DNA of 6,226 nucleotides from Nanopusillaceae archaeon (lineage in GTDB: Archaea > Nanobdellota > Nanobdellia > Nanobdellales > Nanobdellaceae), in assembly GCA_038833255.1 (NCBI GenBank), contig JAWBIX010000025.1, positions 1-6,226 of the forward strand, given 5' to 3'. A program made the position numbers and the translations under genes. The notes beneath the pieces were generated by a model. That model did not search any database. It saw only the letters and a list, made by a program, of their open reading frames with translations, and was not told the origin of the DNA. Of the stretch, positions 1 to 5,818 are shown piece after piece (position 1 is the stretch's first letter; each line of letters opens with the position of its first letter).

Positions 1-29
1 ACAAAAAGAGAATATTCAATAATGATGGG

Positions 30-38
30 TATAATAAA
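30..38 (+). promoter_or_regulatory. TATA-box-like element (TATAATAAA) 24-32 nt upstream of the xpd ATG
   Basis: The position fits an archaeal TATA box for a leaderless or near-leaderless transcript. No Shine-Dalgarno motif lies between it and the ATG. This is weak evidence because such strings are common at this GC content. Confidence 0.25.
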
Positions 39-61
39 GATAATTAAAGATATTTTAGAAA

Positions 62-1891
62 ATGATAGAAAATATTTATCCAATATTAAAAAATAGACCT
101 TATCAAATAGAAGTTATAGAAAAAATATTGGAAAGTTTAAATAATAAAAAATTTATTCTATTAGATTCTCCAACTGGTTCTGGAAAAACATTGATGGCTT
201 TATGTATTGCAGATTATCTTTGGAAAAATGAAAATTCTATCACACATATTGCAGTAAGAACTAATGAACAAATAAAAAGATATTTGCAAGATTCTGAAAA
301 AATAAAAACAAAATTAAAAATATTTCCAAATAAAAGAAAAACTTGTCCTATTTTTTGTAATTCAAATCTTTCTGGAGAAGAGATATATTGCTCTGATTGT
401 ATTTATAGAGAAAAAATTTATCCAATAGAAAAACTACTAAAAATTATTAGAAAGGTTAATTATAATTTTGAAAGGATAGCTAAAATAGAAAATAAAAAAT
501 TAAATAAAAAACCTGAAAAAATAAGATGTATATATCATTCATTTAAAAAAATAGATTCAAATATATTTATATCAACTTATCCTTATGTCTTTAACAAATA
601 TTTATTTGATTTATTATCTTTTGAAGGAGAACCAGATTTTTTAATATTAGATGAATCTCATAATCTTTTAACAACAGTAACTAATCCAATATCTTTATCT
701 TTTAGAAAATATTTAGAAAAAGGATTTGGAAAAAGAAAAGAAGAAAATTTGATCTATAAGGAACTAAAAGAAGAACTAATAACAATATTTGATATTTTAA
801 ATGTATCTAGAGAAGATAGAATATTTCTATTAGAACAATTGAGTAATTTTTCAGATAGTTTAATTAATTATATAGAAAATTTATTAGTAAAAGTCTATAA
901 AACTAGAGAAATTTTTGTTTTAATAGAAAAAATAAAGAGAAATATAGGAATTAAAGAAATTTCTATTAATAGGGAAGAATTGTTAGATATATTTGACAGA
1001 TATAAAAAGATGTTTGAAGATATAATATTTTTTTGGGATTCTTATAAAAGAACAATATCTAAATTAGGTATAAAAATATCTAAGAAAAGGTGGAATTTAA
1101 ATAAAATAATAAAACTTTATTTAAATCTAAAAGATCCCAATTTATTATGGATAATGAATGGATTTAAATTAGAAGCATATTTAACTAGATTTGATTTAAT
1201 AATAAAATCTTTATTGGATTATAAAAGCATTATATTAATGTCTGGAAGTAATTTTAGCAAAAAAGATTTTTCTTTATTATATAAAATAAATCCAGACAAC
1301 GTAGAATATATTAAAGTAGATATAAAACTTGGGGAAAAAGAGTATAATATAATAAACAATTTTTCTTCCAAGTATGAAAAAAGGAAGGAAAAAAGAAATA
1401 TAGAAAACCTAATTGGAAATATAAGATTTTTAATAAACAACTTAGAAAAATATCAATTGTATATGTTTCCCTCAGCCGGATTTATGAATTATATTTATGA
1501 TCTTTTAGATAAAGATACTAAAGAAAAAATATTTTTGGATGAAGGAAATAAGCCATTCAATACAATATTAAAAACTGATAAAAAAGCAATATTTACTTAT
1601 TCTAGATCAAGATTTGTAGAAGGAGTTGAACTAATTGAAAATTCTAAATCTTTATTAAACGTTATAGTTATTGTTGGAAAACCTTATCCCCCTCCGCCAA
1701 CAGTCTCAATTTTAACTTCAAAAATAATCAAGGATAATAATTTGGATTACATGACTTTTGCAGAAATTATTAAAGATATTCAAATAAGGCAAGTTATTGG
1801 GAGGGCAATTAGATTTCCAAATGATAAAGTAAAAATAATTTTTATGGATGAAAGATACAAAAAATCTGAAATAATAAAATATATTAAGTAG
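62..1891 (+). CDS. xpd: XPD/Rad3-family (DinG-like) SF2 5'->3' DNA helicase with a 4Fe-4S cluster domain
   Basis: The 609-aa ORF has the XPD motif order. N-terminal RPYQ; Walker A DSPTGSGKT (164-190); motif Ia HIAVRTNEQ. A Cys cluster (C95, C99, C110, C113, C156) is inserted between motifs Ia and II. Then STYPYVF; motif II LDESHN, a DEAH variant (650-661). About 190 aa of Arch-domain-like insert follows. Then MSGS (motif III), FPSAGFM (IV), VIVGKPYPPP (V), QVIGRAIR (VI, 1790-1813) and FMDERY. The start is well defined: in-frame stops lie immediately upstream and the ATG at 62 is the first available. TAG stop at 1889-1891. Confidence 0.85.
   Translation: MIENIYPILKNRPYQIEVIEKILESLNNKKFILLDSPTGSGKTLMALCIADYLWKNENSITHIAVRTNEQIKRYLQDSEKIKTKLKIFPNKRKTCPIFCNSNLSGEEIYCSDCIYREKIYPIEKLLKIIRKVNYNFERIAKIENKKLNKKPEKIRCIYHSFKKIDSNIFISTYPYVFNKYLFDLLSFEGEPDFLILDESHNLLTTVTNPISLSFRKYLEKGFGKRKEENLIYKELKEELITIFDILNVSREDRIFLLEQLSNFSDSLINYIENLLVKVYKTREIFVLIEKIKRNIGIKEISINREELLDIFDRYKKMFEDIIFFWDSYKRTISKLGIKISKKRWNLNKIIKLYLNLKDPNLLWIMNGFKLEAYLTRFDLIIKSLLDYKSIILMSGSNFSKKDFSLLYKINPDNVEYIKVDIKLGEKEYNIINNFSSKYEKRKEKRNIENLIGNIRFLINNLEKYQLYMFPSAGFMNYIYDLLDKDTKEKIFLDEGNKPFNTILKTDKKAIFTYSRSRFVEGVELIENSKSLLNVIVIVGKPYPPPPTVSILTSKIIKDNNLDYMTFAEIIKDIQIRQVIGRAIRFPNDKVKIIFMDERYKKSEIIKYIK
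344..529 (+). other. Cysteine cluster of the XPD 4Fe-4S domain (C-x3-C-x10-C-x2-C-x42-C)
   Basis: Residues C95 (TGT at 344-346), C99, C110, C113 and C156 (527-529) lie between helicase motifs Ia and II. XPD-family helicases carry their four Fe-S ligand cysteines in this position. Here there are five candidate cysteines. Confidence 0.7.
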
Positions 1892-4166
1892 ATCTTCTAA
1901 ATTCTATAACTTTTCCACTAATTTTTTCTTTAAACAATTCATCATGAGTACACAATATTATTTGATACCCTTCTAAAGAATCTAAAAGTTCTGCTAATTG
2001 ATATCTTACATTTTCATCTAGAGATTCTGTAGGCTCATCTAACATTAATACTTTAAAGTTAGGATTTATAATTGATGCTATAGCCAATCTTAAAGCCAAA
2101 TCTAATATTTTTGTTTGACCTCCACTTAATCCAGCTTCATTAACATTTTTGTATAAGATTTTTCCATCTATTTCCTTAGCAATAATAATATTGAATATTT
2201 TTTCCCCAGATCTATTTATTTCTAAATCTATTTTTACATCAGAAATATCTCCATATCTATATAACCTCTTGAAAAATCTTCTAAATTCTTCAGATAATCT
2301 TAGGGTTTTTTCTTTTCTAATTCTTTCAATAAATTTTATTAAAGAGTTTTGTAGGTAATTTAATAATTGTATATTTTTTCTAATTTTTCTAATTTTTTCA
2401 ATTAAAATATTATATTTTTCTAATTTCTCTAAATATATTCTGTATAGTTCTGGTTTAAAGTTTTCATATTTTTTAAGTTCTTCATCTATTTTCTTAATTT
2501 CATTTTCTAAATCAAATAAAGAGTTAAACCCTAATGATTGTAAAATTTGATTATACTTTTCAAGATTTTTTTTCATACTTTCAATTTGCGAAATTTCTTT
2601 TAATAAATTGTTTATTTCATTTTTTAAATTATTTATTTCTTGATTTAACAAATTAATTGCTCTTTCTATATCTCTAGATTTTAAATAATTAATTGTACCA
2701 TTTATTATTTCATATTCTTCGAATAATCTAATTTTTTGATCAATATCTTCTATTCTTTTAGATATTGCTTCTAATTCGTTTGATAATTGATTTAAGTCTA
2801 TTCCTAACTCTATTACTTTTTTATCCAAATATTGGAATCTTGTATAATCTTTTTCTAAGTTTTTTACTTCTTTTTTATAATTAAATATTTCTTTTTCGAT
2901 ATTTTCTTTTTCAACTTTCAAATTATTTAATTCATTTTCATATTCTAGTAAAAGATTTTTATATTCTTCGTCAATTAAAGGTTTCTTACATACAGGACAA
3001 ATTTTATCTTTAGAAAATTTCAATATCTCTAAACTCTTATTAATAGTTTCTATTTTATTTTTAATTTCAATTTGTTTTTTTTCTAATTCCTCTAAGATAT
3101 TCTTTTTTTCTTCATAAATTCTCTTAACATCAATAAGATTTCTATATTCTTCCAAAATATTTTTCTTTTCTTTTAAATTATTAATTTCTAACATTAATTT
3201 CAATTTATCTAATCCTTTTATTTTATTTTCTATTTCTAACAATAAACTTTTTAAAAAATCTATATCCTTATCTAATAGTTCTTTAGAATATTTATCAAAT
3301 TTTAAATTATATTTTTCTGCTTTCAAATTAGATAACCTCTCGTTCAATTCATTATATCTCTCTTCTAATTCTTTCAACTTTTCTCTAATATACTTCTCTT
3401 GGGATATTTTCTTGCTATCTATTGAACTATATAAAGTTTTTAACTCTACATAGCTTTTGTATATTTCTTCTCTTCTTTTTCTAAGTAAAATAAATTCTGT
3501 ATAAATTTTTTCTAATTCTTCTTTACTCAGTCCTCCAAAAATTTTATTAAATTCTTCAATATCTTTAGAAAACATTTCTTTTTCTCTTTCAAGATAGTTT
3601 AATTCTTTATTTAAATCTCTAATAACTCCCTGAACTACATCTAAATACATAGAATAAAGTTTTATATCAAATAATTCTTCCAATTTATTTGTAAATTCTA
3701 CTTTTCCAGATATATTTATTAATTTACCTAAATCTCCCTGCTTTATATATAATATTTCAATAATTTTGTTTGGATTCGTTATTTTAAGTAACTCATATAT
3801 TTTTCTATTTACAATATCTGGAGTTGTAGCTAAAATTTTTCCATCGCCCATTTCAATAACAGCTTTGCTTTCTCCCGATGAAGAGACAGTCCTTATTATT
3901 CTGTATACTCCTCCATTACTATCTTCCAATTCTAGAATAACTTTTAAAGATGGACTTAAATGTCTTATCAAAGATTCTATTCTATTTATATTTAAACTAG
4001 ATAAAATTGCCTTATCTCCACCAAAAAGAGAAAAAATTATCGCATGAAAAATAGTAGATTTTCCAGTTCCATTTTCTCCTATAATTAAATTTTTGCTTAA
4101 ATCAAAATTAATTTCTTTTGATTTATGTATTTTAAAATTTTCTAAATATAATCTTCTAACTTTCAT
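1884..4166 (-). CDS. rad50: Rad50 ATPase (SMC-like DNA double-strand-break repair protein with zinc hook)
   Basis: 760-aa ORF. N-terminal LENFK...GENGTGKST Walker A (4053-4079); Q-loop-like YIKQGD. Long heptad-rich K/E/L/I/N coiled-coil arms. Central CPVC zinc hook at residues 390-393 (2988-2999). C-terminal ABC signature LSGGQ (2115-2129), Walker B VLMLDEPTESLD and H-loop CTHD. The ATG overlaps the mre11 stop (ATGA). TAA stop at 1884-1886. Confidence 0.93.
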   Translation of the reverse strand: MKVRRLYLENFKIHKSKEINFDLSKNLIIGENGTGKSTIFHAIIFSLFGGDKAILSSLNINRIESLIRHLSPSLKVILELEDSNGGVYRIIRTVSSSGESKAVIEMGDGKILATTPDIVNRKIYELLKITNPNKIIEILYIKQGDLGKLINISGKVEFTNKLEELFDIKLYSMYLDVVQGVIRDLNKELNYLEREKEMFSKDIEEFNKIFGGLSKEELEKIYTEFILLRKRREEIYKSYVELKTLYSSIDSKKISQEKYIREKLKELEERYNELNERLSNLKAEKYNLKFDKYSKELLDKDIDFLKSLLLEIENKIKGLDKLKLMLEINNLKEKKNILEEYRNLIDVKRIYEEKKNILEELEKKQIEIKNKIETINKSLEILKFSKDKICPVCKKPLIDEEYKNLLLEYENELNNLKVEKENIEKEIFNYKKEVKNLEKDYTRFQYLDKKVIELGIDLNQLSNELEAISKRIEDIDQKIRLFEEYEIINGTINYLKSRDIERAINLLNQEINNLKNEINNLLKEISQIESMKKNLEKYNQILQSLGFNSLFDLENEIKKIDEELKKYENFKPELYRIYLEKLEKYNILIEKIRKIRKNIQLLNYLQNSLIKFIERIRKEKTLRLSEEFRRFFKRLYRYGDISDVKIDLEINRSGEKIFNIIIAKEIDGKILYKNVNEAGLSGGQTKILDLALRLAIASIINPNFKVLMLDEPTESLDENVRYQLAELLDSLEGYQIILCTHDELFKEKISGKVIEFRRST
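2988..2999 (-). other. Rad50 zinc-hook CPVC motif at the apex of the coiled coil
   Basis: The reverse complement of 2988-2999 reads TGT CCT GTA TGT (C-P-V-C) at residues 390-393 of 760, close to the midpoint. Context is KICPVCKKPL, and coiled-coil sequence flanks it on both sides. Confidence 0.85.
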
Positions 4167-5305
4167 ATTAATTCTTTAAATAAAGCTTCTCTTATCCTAT
4201 CCAAATTACTACTTCTATCAGAATAATATTCCTCAAATAAATATTTTATCTTGTTGTATAAGTTTAATAATTCCTTTTTGTCATTTTCAGAAATCATCAT
4301 TTTATCAATTATATCTTCAAAAACAACTTTATCTTCTACTACATTTATTTCTTCAACATAATCTACAGGATATAGTTCGTCGATAATCATATATCCTAAA
4401 GCTAGTAAGTTATCTATATTTTTTCTTAATAGATCATACATGCTTCTAGAATAAAATATTTTCAACTTAATTATGCTGTCTTTACTTTTTTCTCCTATTT
4501 TATTTAAAATATCATTTATATCTTCTTCATTTTCCACTCTTTTTTCTATTATACTTATTTTTCTAACATTTAAATTAATAAAACTGTAATCTGCATCTTT
4601 AAAATAAAAAAATCCTTTATTATTTTTTTCTTCATATTCCGAAATTTCCGTTCTTTCGGTAGATCCTGGTAAAGAAACAATAGAATCTTCTTTTTTAATA
4701 AAACTATTATGAAAATGTCCAAACCCGTAGAGATCTGCTTTTGGAAAAAAATCATGATTTATAACTCTAGGATCTTTTGTATAATTTTTTATAATATCCT
4801 TAGGAACTGCTGTAGAAATTCCATGAAATAGAAATATAGAAAAACCTGTTTTATCTACTTTAACCTCCTTTAATCTTTTTTCATAAAATAGTTTTAATTC
4901 CTCTCCACCAATATTTGAAGGTTCTGAAATTCCATATATATAGAAATCTTTTATACTTTTTGGTTCTAGAGGATTTACTTCCTCTATAAGCCTAAATTTT
5001 TTTAATATTTCTATAACATTTTGTTTTTGTCCCTTATTATCATGATTTCCTTTAATAAAAAATAAAGGAATATTATTTTCTTTTAATTTAAAAAGAAGGT
5101 CTAATATCTCTAAAAAAATTTTTGATGATATTCTAAAATAGTCATCTAAAAAATCCCCAGAATGGATAATAAAATCTACTTTTTCTTTTATTGCAAAATC
5201 TACAATTTGTTTAAATGCATTCAAAAAATCTATTTTTCTTATTTCTCTATATTTTACCGGAATCTCGCAACCTAAGTGAGTATCTGAGATATGTATAAAT
5301 TTCAT
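4163..5305 (-). CDS. mre11: Mre11 nuclease (calcineurin-like metallophosphoesterase, Rad50 partner)
   Basis: The 380-aa ORF has all the phosphoesterase motifs in order: IHISDTHLG (D8, H10), HSGDFLD (D51), KGNHD (N87, H88), FLFHG (H161) and GFGHFH (H197, H199). A capping-domain-sized region and a helical C-terminus follow, consistent with a Rad50-binding domain. TGA stop at 4163-4165 overlaps the rad50 ATG at 4164-4166. Confidence 0.93.
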   Translation of the reverse strand: MKFIHISDTHLGCEIPVKYREIRKIDFLNAFKQIVDFAIKEKVDFIIHSGDFLDDYFRISSKIFLEILDLLFKLKENNIPLFFIKGNHDNKGQKQNVIEILKKFRLIEEVNPLEPKSIKDFYIYGISEPSNIGGEELKLFYEKRLKEVKVDKTGFSIFLFHGISTAVPKDIIKNYTKDPRVINHDFFPKADLYGFGHFHNSFIKKEDSIVSLPGSTERTEISEYEEKNNKGFFYFKDADYSFINLNVRKISIIEKRVENEEDINDILNKIGEKSKDSIIKLKIFYSRSMYDLLRKNIDNLLALGYMIIDELYPVDYVEEINVVEDKVVFEDIIDKMMISENDKKELLNLYNKIKYLFEEYYSDRSSNLDRIREALFKELI

Positions 5306-5327
5306 TTAAATAAATATTAGTAAAAGA

Positions 5328-5334
5328 TTATAAA
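5328..5334 (-). promoter_or_regulatory. TATA-box-like TTTATAA centred about 26 nt upstream of the mre11 ATG, overlapping the stop codon of the 148-aa gene
   Basis: The reverse complement of 5328-5334 is TTTATAA, which matches the archaeal TTTAWA-type TATA consensus. Its centre (5331) is 26 nt from the A of the mre11 ATG (5305). No SD motif occurs in the 22-nt spacer. Confidence 0.3.
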
Positions 5335-5774
5335 TTCTTTAAACTGTTGAAGAATTCGTTTAGAAATTTTTTAACAGATTCTTTATCTTTTTTATAAGAA
5401 TCTATACTAATTTTTAAGTGAAAGACATTTTCCCCATACATGGGAAAAATCCTATTCTCTTTTAATAAAGCCTCTTTATCAAATCTTATATAAACATTAC
5501 AATTTTCATCAAAATTTATTTCTTCTAAAAACCTATTTATACTATCTAATCTTTTTAAAATATTTTTTAAAAATATTTTTATAGAATTTTTATCTTTAAT
5601 TTTTGCGGAAATGAAATATATATTAGAGCTAATTAAACCTTGTCCTTTATTTTCATAAATCTCTATTTTTTCTTTATTTATGCCCTCTAATAATTCTAAA
5701 AATTTTTGTTTTATTTTTTCATAGTTTTCCCATTCATGAATTATTACACTAAACTTTATTTCTGAGATTTTCAT
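5328..5774 (-). CDS. Hypothetical small cytoplasmic protein. It may be related to the archaeal PF01877/COG1325 'predicted RNA-binding/exosome-associated' family, but that is unverified.
   Basis: The 148-aa ORF has the same K/I/N/E-rich composition as its neighbours and no hydrophobic segment. It ends 22 nt upstream of mre11 on the same strand. IKFSVIIHEWENYEKIKQKF and YIRFDKEALLKENRI weakly recall, from memory only, the H-x-T-E-D-x-E-K-V and R-L-D-K-Q signatures of that family. Confidence refers to this being a real CDS. Confidence in the family guess is about 0.3. Confidence 0.7.
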   Translation of the reverse strand: MKISEIKFSVIIHEWENYEKIKQKFLELLEGINKEKIEIYENKGQGLISSNIYFISAKIKDKNSIKIFLKNILKRLDSINRFLEEINFDENCNVYIRFDKEALLKENRIFPMYGENVFHLKISIDSYKKDKESVKKFLNEFFNSLKNL

Positions 5775-5818
5775 AAAAAAATAAAAATTTTTATTTTCTT
5801 AAGAATTTCTTATTATTT
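5775..5818. promoter_or_regulatory. 44-nt divergent intergenic region, presumably holding promoters for the 148-aa gene (-) and the Cys-rich gene (+)
   Basis: This is the only sizeable non-coding stretch in the window. It contains a perfect 20-bp A/T palindrome (5778-5797). The right half of that palindrome (TTTTTATTTT) lies 22-31 nt upstream of the + strand ATG at 5819. An adjacent 10-bp palindrome, TTCTTAAGAA, lies at 5796-5805. Confidence 0.35.

Noticed and set aside
1219-1440. 73-aa ORF on the - strand inside xpd
   Set aside because: It lies antisense to a well-supported helicase CDS. Its F/I/L/S-rich low-complexity translation is the expected shadow of K/E/N-rich codons (AAA, GAA, AAT read as TTT, TTC, ATT). 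It has no motifs and no independent start context.
1821-1869. Possible C/D-box sRNA: ATGATAA (1821-1827), ATGGATGA (1844-1851) and CTGA (1866-1869) at the 3' end of xpd
   Set aside because: The C box is imperfect. No D' box (CTGA) is present at the required spacing of about 12 nt after the first box. The C'-to-D spacing is 14 nt rather than 12. No terminal stem is evident. Such short A/T-rich matches are expected by chance.
2149-2358. 69-aa ORF on the + strand inside the rad50 C-terminal head
   Set aside because: This is an antisense shadow ORF with the same F/I/L/S-rich composition. The region is fully explained by the rad50 LSGGQ/Walker B domain on the - strand.
2375-2424. Near-tandem TTTTTCTAA-type 9-mers, which could suggest a repeat array
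   Set aside because: They lie in frame within the rad50 coiled coil and encode the heptad-like EKIRKIRKN / EKLEKY segment. This is low-complexity coding repetition, not a CRISPR array or satellite. There are no spacers and no conserved repeat units of 24 nt or more.
3766-4047. 93-aa ORF on the + strand inside the rad50 N-terminal head
   Set aside because: This is an antisense shadow of the Rad50 Walker A domain. It is hydrophobic and low-complexity, with no recognisable motifs. Long spurious antisense ORFs are expected opposite Lys/Glu-rich genes.
4639-4659. Hairpin CCGAAA-(9 nt)-TTTCGG in a locally GC-richer patch of mre11
   Set aside because: The stem is only 6 bp and lies inside coding sequence (TERTE region). 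The local GC is explained by Thr, Arg and Glu codons. There is no accompanying terminator, tRNA-like or riboswitch-like structure.
4570-4755. 61-aa ORF on the - strand, out of frame within mre11
   Set aside because: It lies within the mre11 coding region in a different frame. The mre11 frame carries the conserved GFGHFH motif here, and the alternative frame gives a low-complexity peptide.
1884-5305. Alternative reading of the SMC-like ATPase plus nuclease pair as a bacterial SbcCD or an SMC-based defence module (Lamassu- or Wadjet-like)
   Set aside because: The ATPase has a central CPVC zinc hook and the Rad50-type head motifs. It is translationally coupled to a canonical Mre11 phosphoesterase. 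The neighbours are housekeeping-like. No kleisin, JetD or LmuA-type effector genes and no mobile-element context are present. The lack of SD motifs and the presence of XPD favour an archaeal housekeeping Mre11-Rad50.
5428-5448. Hairpin TTTTCCC-(7 nt)-GGGAAAA within the 148-aa gene
   Set aside because: The stem is 7 bp and mostly A/T, and it lies mid-CDS (FPMYGEN codons). There is no flanking conservation signal and no functional context. It is most simply a coincidence of the codon sequence.
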